Positions 11,257 through 21,684 of a stretch of DNA of 64,000 bases are shown here, one piece after another. How positions within the stretch are numbered: the first letter of the stretch is position 1; each line of letters opens with the position of its first letter. This stretch comes from Octopus vulgaris. Taxonomy: Eukaryota. Location: assembly GCA_951406725.2 (NCBI GenBank), contig OX597837.1, positions 47,802,001 through 47,866,000 of the forward strand. Reading direction: 5' to 3'. The position numbers were made by a program, and so were the translations under genes. The notes under the pieces were generated by a model. That model saw nothing but the letters and a program-made list of their open reading frames with translations, ran no database searches and had not been told where the DNA came from.

Positions 11257-12617
11257 CCAGTGTAAGCTATGGACACATAAGAGGTGCAGCAATGTCAAAG
11301 GTAGGCTAACTGGGAAGATAGTTTTTGTATGTGGCAGATGCTCGGGAGCATTGACCTCCGAAAATCTGCAGAAAACAACTTCCGTCACTTTCCGGGGGAA
11401 AAACTAGAAGTAGTTGATAGCTTCTGCTATCTAGGTGACCAAGTCAGTAGTGGGGGTGGGTGCGCTGAAAGTGTAACTGCTAGAATAAGAATAGCCTGAG
11501 CAAAGTTTAGGGAGCTCTTACATCTGCTGGTGACTAAAGGCCTCTCGCTCAGAGTAAAAGGCAGACTGTATGATGCATGTGTACGAACTGCCATGCTACA
11601 TGGTAGTGAAACATGGGCCGTGACTGCTGAGGACATGCGTAAGCTCGTGAGGAATGAAGCCAGTATGCTCCGATGGATGTGTAATGTCAGTGTACTTACT
11701 CGACAGAGCGTTAGTACCTTGAGAGAAATGTTGTACCTAAGAAGCATCAGTTGTGGTGTGCAAGAGAGATGATTGCGCTGGTATGGACATGTGGCGAGAA
11801 TGGATGAAGATAGGTGTGTGAGAAAGTGCCAATCCCTAGCAGTTGAGGGAACCCGTGGAAGAGGTAGACCCAGGAAAACCTGGGACGAGGTGGTGAAGCA
11901 CGACCTTCGGACGTTAGGTCTCACCATGGAAATGACTAGAGACCAAGACCTATGGAAGTATGCTGTGCGTGAGAAGACCCGGCAAGACTAGTGAAGCCAT
12001 AACCCGTGGCCCCTACCTGGGACGTAGTCAGTCCACCTGTGCATACCTTCCTTCTTGTGACACTTGTGAAGACCTGTTGAGGCAAGTGAAAATCAAAATC
12101 AAATCAAATCAAACCAAACCAAATCAAAATAGATGAACATCAATGGAATTTGTACCCTTGTGGTACCAGTGCCGGTGGCACATAAGAAAACCATCCGAAC
12201 GTGACCGTAGCCAGTACCGCATCGACTGGCCTCCGTGCTGAGGGCATGTAACAAACACCATCCGAGAGTGGCCGTTCGCCAGCCTCGTCTGGCACCTGTG
12301 TCGGTGACACATAAGAAAACACCATCCGAGCGTGGCCGTCTGCCAGCCTCGTCTGGCACCTGTGTCGGTGGCACATAAAAAACACCATCCAAGCGTGGCC
12401 GTCTGCCAGCCTCGTCTGGCACCTGTGTCGGTGGCAAATAAAATCACCCACTACACTCTCGGAGTGGTTAGCGTTAGGAAGGGCATCCAGCTGTAGAAAC
12501 ACTGCCATATCTGACTGGCCTGGTGCAGCCTTCAGGCTTGCCAGACCCCAGTTGAACCATCCAACCCATGCTAGCATGGAAAGCGGACGTTAAACGATGA
12601 TGATAATGATGATGATG
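11257..12617 (+). mobile_element. 5'-truncated RTE LINE with 3' UTR array and (ATG)n tail, flanked by (TA)n
   Basis: Same family as 4408-6630 (TKGLSLRVKGRLYDACVRTAMLHGSETW, RGRPRKTW); tail aacgatgatgataatgatg. Confidence 0.93.
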
Positions 12618-12635
12618 ATATATATATATATATAT

Positions 12636-13285
12636 AGCCTGCCAATTTATGCATACCTTGCCTTCTTTGAACACAAAACTCTGCTTGCGAAGACCTGTTT
12701 GGGCAAGTGAAATCGAAATTGAATCAAATTCGATGACTGGCACCCGTGCCAGTGGAGTGCTAACGGTTCCATCTGAGCGGGATCACTGCCAGAGCAGCTG
12801 TCTGGCTTCCATGCTGGTGGCACGTAAAAAGCACCATTTAAGCGTGATCATTACCAGCGTCGCCTTACTGGCACTTGAACAAAACATTTGAGTGAGGTCG
12901 ATGCCTGTGCCGCTGGAATGACTCCTGTGCAGGTGGCACGTAAAAAAACACCATTTCAAGTGTGGCCTTTGCCAGCAACGCCAGGCTGGCCCTCGTGCCG
13001 GTGGCACGTAAAAGCACCCACTACACTCTTGGAGTGGTTGGCGTTAGGAAGGGCATCAAGCTGTAGAAACTCTGCCAGATCAGATCAGAGCTTGGTGCAG
13101 CCATCTGGTTCGCCAGTCCTCAAATTGTCCAACCCATGCTAGCATGGAAAGCATACGTTAAATGATGATGATATATCATCATCATCATCGTTTAGCGTCC
13201 ACTTTCCATGCTAGCATGGGTTGGATGGTTCAATTGAGGTCTGGGAAACCAGAAGGCTGCACCAGGCCCAGTCTGATCTGGCAAT
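12636..13285. mobile_element. Two RTE 3'-UTR fragments arranged tail-to-tail (12636-13172 +, 13176-13285 -)
   Basis: ccaacccatgctagcatggaaag...tgatgatg, then atata, then catcatcatcg...tttccatgctagcatgggttgg. Confidence 0.85.
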
Positions 13286-14052
13286 TTGTGTGTGTGCCAT
13301 TTTTCATCCATACACATTTCTCTCCCACAATATCCTGCCTTTCTCTGATATATTACTTTGCAACTTGGAACACCTCACGCTTCCAGCTTTCTCATTGCAG
13401 AACATTGACAAACTGCTTTTTTTCTGGTTCCCTCCATGTGAAATAAAACTTGTCACTAGCTCTGCTTAGTATAATTCTTTGCTAATGCCATTTTCTTAAT
13501 CTTTTGCAAACTGTCTCTTGACTTTTATTGTTCTTTCTACCTCATTGTTGCACTAGCCATAGTCTGTAACCCTCTACAGGTTGTCTTGTAGGAACTTTAA
13601 GTTATCCTGCATGTAATTTTTGTCTCTATCTCCTCCTCTTTCTGCATCAAAAGGCAGAGTTTCAGATCAGTACACCCACATAAGGTGGATTTTCTCCATT
13701 TGGGTGGAGATTTTTCCAATTTTGTTTTTTTACTATGCTTTTGGGAATGATAGGGGGCAGCTTTTATTTTACCGTTTATTTACATACCACCACGCTGTTA
13801 GGTTTATAAAACAATTGAAGTTCAGTTTAAAGTTTATAAATAAATACATTTCATTCCATGTTCTGTTTAAACTTTATAAATAAATATATTCTTGCATTAT
13901 TCATTATTGTTTTTAAAAAAGAAATCACACCAAATCTACACAAATGACCACCACCACCGCGATCACATACACCAATCATACACACGTGTGTGTGTGTGTA
14001 TATGTGGCTATATGTCTGTATTTATTGTATGTGTGTATAAGTAGTTATATGC

Positions 14053-14208
14053 TTATATTATCCATTATAGTAATATTTGTCTGTTGAAATCCGTTTTAAG
14101 GCGGTCAATAGTTTAATTAAAGATGTGTCTATACATGTGTATACATATATATATATACATGTGTATACATTACATATGTATATATATGTATACACATGTA
14201 TATATACA

Positions 14209-14253
<45 letters not shown>

Positions 14254-14331
14254 AGACACATCTTTAATTAAACTATTGACCGCCTTAAAACGGATTTCAA
14301 CAGACAAATATTACTATAATGGATAATATAA
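14053..14331. repeat. Perfect ~84-bp inverted repeat enclosing a TA-rich microsatellite
   Basis: 14053-14136 is the reverse complement of 14248-14331. Confidence 0.95.
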
Positions 14332-14887
14332 ACCTGACGTAAATACACGAAGTTGACGTACTTTCACTTCCGACAGTGCCAAAATTCCCAACGGTTAATA
14401 TGATGACCGTATCAAATAGGTGGAATTCTGGGTTACACACACAATGACTTTTTTTTTTTTTATCTTGGGGGGCATTTTCAGAAAATTTTTCCGAATTTAT
14501 GTTCTACACACTAGAATTCTGATGATTATACAAAAATAATTTTGTGTGTGATTTAAGGGCTATTAGCTGTTATGTTTTAGCACATGAAGGGGTTATATGG
14601 CGTGCTTAAAGCAGGATTCCGCCAATAATTTGCCTGTTTATACAGAACATAAACAGGTGAGATGGAGAAACTCAATACATATCATTGAAAGTTTGCAGAA
14701 ATTATGAACAAGCAACAAAGAAAGACAAAAAGAACAAAAACTGTTGTTATCAAGAATGTTTTAAATACAAATTCTAACGTTCAACATTCATAGCGAAATG
14801 TGTATTTCGCAGAGTTCTACATTTGAATTGCAGTGTAGTAGGAAGAAGGGTGGAGAAAATCCGAAATAAAATCGTTCTCCGCTTTTC

Positions 14888-15082
14888 TTACCAAGCTTCT
14901 TTACCCTCGGGCAACTCTCGGCCACCAAATAATTTGCTTCGATTCCTGAACGAACAGGCGTAAGTGGTATCGAACCTGTACGATTCGTAACTGCCGTAGA
15001 AATAGACCAGCATCACTGCTGCCATTCGGCCATAAACTGGCCACCATCGTTGCTGAAACATAAATCCTAGAGAAGGAGACAT
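14888..15082 (-). CDS. NDUFB1: NADH dehydrogenase (ubiquinone) 1 beta subcomplex subunit 1 (MNLL)-like, 64 aa
   Basis: MSPSLGFMFQQRWWPVYGRMAAVMLVYFYGSYESYRFDTTYACSFRNRSKLFGGRELPEGKEAW*. One hydrophobic segment, then FRNRSKLF..REL....W*, matching the NDUFB1 C-terminal pattern (human [21 protein letters not shown]). Acceptor cag lies 5 nt upstream of the ATG; non-repetitive CpG-rich context. Confidence 0.8.
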   Translation of the reverse strand: MSPSLGFMFQQRWWPVYGRMAAVMLVYFYGSYESYRFDTTYACSFRNRSKLFGGRELPEGKEAW

Positions 15083-15189
15083 ATTGACTGATGCACAAGT
15101 TCAAATAAATTCAGATAAATTTGCTTAAGGTCACAAGCGCAGGGTGTGTGTGGGTTGTTACGTAAGGTCAAAGGAAAGAGTAGCCTTAC

Positions 15190-15415
15190 AGATTATTTTT
15201 CTTGTTGTTTCCGTTTGTATTCTTGTGTTCTTGAGTAGTCCTTATAGATGCACACAGATACAATCAGGGGTAGACCGATAACAATACTGTAACGCCGAAA
15301 TATTTGTCTGGCAACTTTCACCTTGCTCACATCCAACTCTTCCGCCATTGACGACTCGGGCCTACGAAGGGGACGTAACTCCAGATTCGCGTTGCCATAT
15401 GCTTCCGGAAGTAGA
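15190..15415 (-). promoter_or_regulatory. Probable NDUFB1 promoter and 5' UTR exon region
   Basis: Palindromic ETS-like CTTCCGGAAG(T) at ~15402-15412, YY1-like AATGGCGG at ~15342-15349, and candidate minus-strand donors at 15330 (gtgagc), 15321 (gtgaaa) and 15189 (gtaagg). Confidence 0.5.
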
Positions 15416-15473
15416 TAGAAAATCTTTAATTCTAAAAGTGTGAATTCTGTTATTCCTTTATACTGACTTCAGT

Positions 15474-15711
15474 TAAGGCGGTGACCTGGCAGAAACGTTA
15501 GCACGCCGGGCGAAATGCGTAGCTGTATTTCGTCTGCCGTTACGTCCTGAGTTCACATTCCGCCGAGGTCGACTTTCCCTTTCATCCTTTTGGGGTCGAT
15601 AAATTAAATACCAGTTACGCACCGGGGTCGATATAATCGACTTAATCCGTTTGTCTGTCCTTGTTTGTCCTCTCTGTGTTTAGCCCCTTGTGGGCAATAA
15701 AGAAATATATA
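15474..15711 (+). mobile_element. tRNA-derived SINE with Deu/Nin-like central domain and 15-bp TSD
   Basis: A-box-like tggcagaaacgttag, B-box-like gagttcacattcc, core ctttcatccttttggggtcgataaattaaataccag. TSD tatactgacttcagt at 15459-15473 and 15712-15726. Confidence 0.88.
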
Positions 15712-16418
15712 TATACTGACTTCAGTCATTCGACTGCATTCATACTTCGATGGAAAGGACGTTTCCCAGTATTTAGTACATTTCTGTCCGGCGAGAGTCT
15801 TTTATGCCCAATTCTTGCTATAAACAGCCGAATGTAAGAATCGCATTGGATTGTATGTGCTGCTTGGAGTTGGATTGTTGTCTTTCCTACGTTGTCCTTT
15901 CATTCCGATGTTTGTTCTTTTTTTTTAAAAAAAAAAAAAAAAAAGGTGCCCTCAACTAATCAGACAACTTCTGTTGACTATGGCGATGATTGCAAAACCA
16001 GCACACAGACTGCCGTATTTAATTAAAATCAAGATGGTTGTACGACACCATGGTGAAGTTCTAATTTATTTTCTTAGAAATGAAAACTGGGAAGGGGAAT
16101 AATAGATTTCAAAAATATTTTTGGTGGAAGGGATGGTATTCAATCATTTTAAGAATCACATAATTTCCGCTACCCATTCCTGTCACGAACAGGTCCATAC
16201 AAACCAATGGCAAAATAGGATTCTGGACAGACTGACTGATTAAGCTACTCAGAGGCTGGCTTGGGTCAGATCTCAAGTGGAGAAGAACTGGAGCGAGGGA
16301 CAAGTATAACCGATTCACTCTATACCCAGAATAGTATGTATTGTCTTGCAGTCCTTCAGCACCATTCTGCCTATCAGAAGTTGATCCTTTGCTCATCGGC
16401 TTTTCCTACAGTCTAATC

Positions 16419-17719
16419 TGGTGTGTCTGTTATAATGGCCTACCAATGTATAGAGTGCATTTCTGTGCCCTAGGTTTCAGGAAGACATTCAGCAAGAAAT
16501 GGAAACAGAATTGAAAGAAGATGATAGTGAAAATAATAATAATTGCAAATTTACAAGGAACTTGGCATTAACCCTGAATTAGATGAAGAACTTGAAACCA
16601 CTGTCACAAAAAAAGCAAAACGGATTGCAAGAAAGAACAGGCAGAAACAAATTGAGGTGCAGCCAGAAGCCTCTGCATGGACAGTATATACATTGAAGCC
16701 AAAATATTGATGTAGACCAAACAACAACTCATCAATGGCTGAGAAGCTCAGGACTGAAAATTTCCTATTGGTGCCACAAGATCAAAGTTTGCTTACCAAA
16801 TACTACCAGGCTAACATTCTTCAAAATGGTTCTGACCCTAAATGCAGATTCTGTGATAAATTTGATGACACCAAATGAATACAAAAATCACCACAATAGG
16901 AGAGGACAGTATTTACATAGGAAAATATGTAAACAGTCAATTTCCAGTTCCTTATATTTACTTAATTTGTCAAATTCCTTCACAGATATATTTTTATCAG
17001 TGGGAACACTTATATCTATTTAGTCTACAAGTATATTCTTCCCTGTCTTTAATGACTACGTGTGGTCAACTAGCCTGGATCGTTCTGTCAGTGTTGACTG
17101 GAAAATCCCAGAGGATAGTGACATTTTTACTTTCAGCGACTGGCTCAGAATGATGTTCATACCAGTAAGCAGGAGTGCTAATTTTGTAGTGTTTACATAT
17201 TTTCCTATGTAAATACTGTCCTCTCCTATTGTGGTGATTTTTGTATTCATTTGGTGTCATCAAATTTATCACAGAATCTGCATTTAGGGTCAGAACCATT
17301 TTGAAGAATGTTAGCCTGGTAGTTTTTGGTAAGCAAACTTTGATCTTGTGGCACCAATATGAAATCTTCAGTCTCTGCTTTCAGTCCTGAGCTTCTCAGC
17401 CATTGATGAGTTGTTGTTTGGTCTACATCAATATTTTGGCTTCAATGTATATACTGTCCATGCAGAGGCTTCTGGCTGCACCTCAATTTGTTTCTGCCTG
17501 TTCTTTCTTGCAATCCGTTTTGCTTTTTTTGTGACAGTGGTTTCAAGTTCTTCATCTAATTCAGGGTTAATGCCAAGTTCCTTGTAAATTTGCAATTATT
17601 ATTATTTTCACTATCATCTTCTTTCAATTCTGTTTCCATTTCTTGCTGAATGTCTTCCTGAAACCTAGGGCACAGAAATGCACTCTATACATTGGTAGGC
17701 CATTATAACAGACACACCA
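16419..17719. repeat. Long inverted duplication (arms 16419-16935 and 17190-17719) of an R4/Dong-like LINE fragment
   Basis: Arms are reverse complements apart from a 13-nt deletion and about two substitutions. The minus strand encodes WLRSSGLKAETE, CRFCD and TILWDFPVNTDRTI. Confidence 0.95.
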
Positions 17720-17879
17720 AATTGTCTATTTACAAAGTTATGTGATAGAGAAAAGGGGGAAGAAAGAGAGAGAGAAAAAGTAAAAAATAAAAAAGTAAAC
17801 AAAGAAAACAAGAGGGAAAATGGAAAGAAAATTCACAGCGATAATGCTCTTCTCAATATGTGTGACCAGTTACCAATTA

Positions 17880-20800
17880 AGACGGAGTCTTGCATGTGTA
17901 GCGGGCTCACTGCCTGCAGCATACGGTACCATGATATATGTTTTTCAACTACCTAATACTTTCCTGATTATTCTGGCTATACCAAGAAGGCAAACCTTTT
18001 TTATCAGTTCTACTGAGTACTCTATTCCGGTTTCCTTTATATTCCAATTGATACTGTCTCCAAGGACCCAACAATAATTAGCACTATCTTCACCTTCTTC
18101 ATTTTCCATAGCCAGGCTATTTCATATTTAAGAGAATTGTCTATATCTATTTCTTCGCCTTCCTTCTTAACAATTCAAGGGTCAAAGGGACACACAACAT
18201 CAACTTTATAGTACATGTGGTATATCTTGTCCACCACTATTAGGTTTGGTCTGTTATGTTCTAGCACCTGGTCTGTTTGGTCCATTTGTTGCAACTTTCA
18301 ATACTCTCTCATTCCTAACTGACACTAGCAAGGTTTCCTTACTTTTGGATAGCTATCTCATTAAGTTCCTGAGCTCTATACATACGCATCTTCCATACTT
18401 ATCAGTCCCCTTCCTCCATTTGCTTTCTTCGTGTATAGGCCATCAGTGTCTGCATGTGGATGGTCAGCTCCATGCATTGTTAAGAACTTTCTTATCTTCT
18501 AGTCCAACTCCTTTAGCTCCTCTTGTGCCCAGCCCCATACCAAACTATTGTGACTGTGCATGAGTTTATAGCTGAAATTATGTTTCCGGCATTCAGCTTT
18601 GAAGCCAATATTTTTCTCATTCTTTCTTTGTCTTTTCTTTCATAACGTTGTATTTAATTCCATCTGACTCAAGTATTCCCAGGTATTTATAACAGGATTT
18701 AGTTCAATTGTCTTCATCATTTCACCACTTGGCATACATATGCCTGACAAGCTTTCGTTGCCTCATCACCATCATAGCACATTCTGAGAGTTCAAACTCC
18801 ATCTTGATATAATTCAAGAAAATCCACACAGACTGGACTAGGCTCTCCAATTCTGCCTCACTTTTTGTGAACAACATCAAGTCGTCTATTAATAGCAAGT
18901 GGTTTAGTTTTCTCTTACTGCTTCTCAGATCATGCACCAACTTTGTCTTCTGTAGTATTTCACACATTCCTAGCATGGGAATACTCTTTCCCCTGGAAGA
19001 TTCTTCACTTCTCCTAATACCAAATACCCTGCTACCAGTTCAGTTCTCCAACATTTCATTCCGTTCCATATAAAGCTTCTCTTGTTTTCTGCTACTCCAT
19101 GTCATATCATATCGTATGCTTTCCAATAGTCAATCCATGCCGTGCTCAGGTTTGTGTGTCTTCTCTTGCAGTTTCTGATAATTAGATGATTACCAATTAA
19201 CAGCTGATCTTTTGTTCTCCAGTTCCACTTTCGGTTCAGTAGGTAGCAACCCACTTTATTCTAAGTATCTATACTGTTCACCAGCCAAAGCACCTGACAA
19301 TAGTTTCCACATAAGCGGAAGACATGTTATTGGTTGGAAGTTGGATACTTTTCAGGATCTTTGGCACATAACAATGTCTTTCCCTTTGTCATCCAGTTAA
19401 GTACAGTGTCTTTCTGCAAATACTCATCTGGCTGTTGTACTTTCCTTTCATAGAATCCTCTCAGCATCTTCATCCAATATCCTTGGACACCATCCGGTAC
19501 AGAGCTCTTCCAATCTGGGAGTTTCTTTAATTGCTTTTTATCATTTCTGTAGTTATTTTCATATTGTCTTGGCATCCTATATTTCTTAACTTATCTTGAA
19601 TTTCCTGCAGCCACTCCACTTCATCATTATGCTTTACAAGTTGGTCTCAGATTCCTCCCCAGAATGCTCTGCTTTCATTTGCATCTGGTATCATTGTTAC
19701 ATGTAAATTGCTCATCTAGTTTCTGAAACAGTTTTTCCTGATTTGCTTCAAACAACATGTCCTGCCTGAATTGTTTTTTTTTATTTTTCATTTGTCATAT
19801 CTTACCATTTTGCCTTGATTGCTGCTACCCTTTCTTTCAATTCTCTCAATATCATATCATACCCTTTATCTCTTATTATCCAGTGTGTGTAAGCAAAAGC
19901 AGGGTATTGTATTCACTCGTATTTGTCTGTTTGTATGTTTGTAAAATTACTGGAGAACGGCTGAACAGATTTTCACCTCATTTGGCAGAACTACTCATTG
20001 GGTGAGAGGATTGAAATGATGACCATTTGGTTTGATTTTCTTTAAAACTAAAAAAATTTTAAATAAACTTACAAGTATCTCCGATAAGCAAGTGGTCATA
20101 TTATTTTGTTCACCTTCTTTTTGATATGAATTGACTCTCGTCTGCATGTGTATAGATCATCGTCTACCTATGCATGTAGACACGTGTCGGTTCATACATA
20201 CATATGAAACTCTGCATGTGTGTGTGTATACACTGATGGATTTGAGGGTTTCATTTATTTACGAGTTGATTTCTTAATTTCACTGGAGTATAAATAGCTA
20301 TAATGGTGATACTTAAAAAAATTCAGTTCAATTAAAAAACATGGGTAAGCAATACAATGTAAGCCATGCTATAATTTGAGAAAAAAATTTATCTGTGTAC
20401 AGGTTTTGTATTGTCCTACCAATGCCTTTTACTTTTCATTCTATATGTTCTTTCCAGTCTTATTCTTATGCTTTCATGCTACAATTCCACTCTTTTCAAT
20501 CTATCAACTCATTCTAAATGTCTTCTTAACTTTGTTTGTTTTTCAGAAATTCATCAATGCCAGTTCGGTTCTTTACGTTCTGTTTGTTTTCTTCTTTTGT
20601 ATCCAACTCTATCTGCAGCAACCATAGCTGCAGCTCAAATAATCTTGTTGGTTTCAGTTATATTTCCCATCTGGAATAGTCCAAGGACAAAAAATCTATC
20701 ATTTCAGTTTCAGCTTTGAGCTTGCGTCGATCAATATATGTCAGAATGGGGGATGTTTGATCCTGGCTTCACTAATATATTCTCACTATGTCTTGTTGAC

Positions 20801-20900
20801 TATCATATTCTCGTGATATAACTCTTCCCATTACTTCTGCTTCATTTGCTGAGAGTGCATTTACATTTACACTTTGCTCTACATCATCACTGCAGCCATT
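17880..20900 (-). mobile_element. Degenerate R4/Dong-clade LINE (RT plus restriction-like endonuclease), interrupted
   Basis: WKSSVPDGVQGYWMK, NHLLLIDDLMLFTKSEAELESL...MEFELSECA, YKYLGILE and a C-terminal CLLGIARIIRKVL. Confidence 0.8.
19875..20050 (+). mobile_element. Possible non-autonomous Helentron/DINE-like element inside the LINE
   Basis: gtctgtttgtatgtttgt microsatellite followed by aacggctgaacagattttcacc...atttgg, a motif order typical of such elements. Confidence 0.35.
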
Positions 20901-21056
20901 CATCTCTTTGTCCTCACTAGGCATGTTATCTGCTGGTGAAATATTATCATTTTCTATTTTCCTTTTGTCATTTGATGTTGCTTTTATATTAGCCCTTATC
21001 GCTAATAAAAGAATTCATCGTCGTCATCGTCATCATTATTATTATTATTACTATTA

Positions 21057-21435
21057 TAGCGATGAGCTGGCAGAATCATTAGCATGCCAGGCAAAATGCT
21101 TAGTGGTATTTTGCCTGTCTTTATGTTCTGAGTTCAAATACTGCTGGGGTCGACTTTGCCTTTCATCCTTTCAGGGTCGATAAATTAAGTACCAGTGAAA
21201 TACTAACTGGGGTCAATGTAATTGACTGGTCCCCTCCCCCAAAATTTCAGGCCTTGTGCCTAAAGTAAAAAGGATTATTATTATTATTATAGACATTGCA
21301 CAGTATACAATATCATGAGGTTGTTGAAGATATTATGTCCACTAGGGGTTTGTACTATTTGTCAAGTCACAAGAACCTCAGACAAACAGTACTTTACACA
21401 ATATGCATGCAGTTCCAAGTAATGCCAACTTTTGC

Positions 21436-21471
<36 letters not shown>

Positions 21472-21684
21472 GGCAGTGAGGTGGTAGAATCATTAGCATA
21501 CTGGGCGAAATGCTTAGTGGTATTTCGTCTGTCACTACATTCTGAGTTCAAATTTCACCGAGGTCGACTTTGCTTTAAACCTTTCGGGGTTGATAAATTA
21601 AATACCAGTGAAACACTGGGGTCAATGTAATTAACTAGTCCTCTTCCACAAAATTTCAGGCTTTGTGCTTATAGTAGAAAGGAT
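21057..21684 (+). mobile_element. Two Deu/Nin-like tRNA SINE copies (21057-21275 and 21470-21684) next to (ATT)n
   Basis: Same head and core as 15474, with a different 3' end (aaaatttcaggccttgtgcc...aaaggatt). Confidence 0.85.

Noticed and set aside
16109-16396. 95-aa minus-strand ORF in apparently unique sequence
   Set aside because: No recognisable homology or convincing splice signals.
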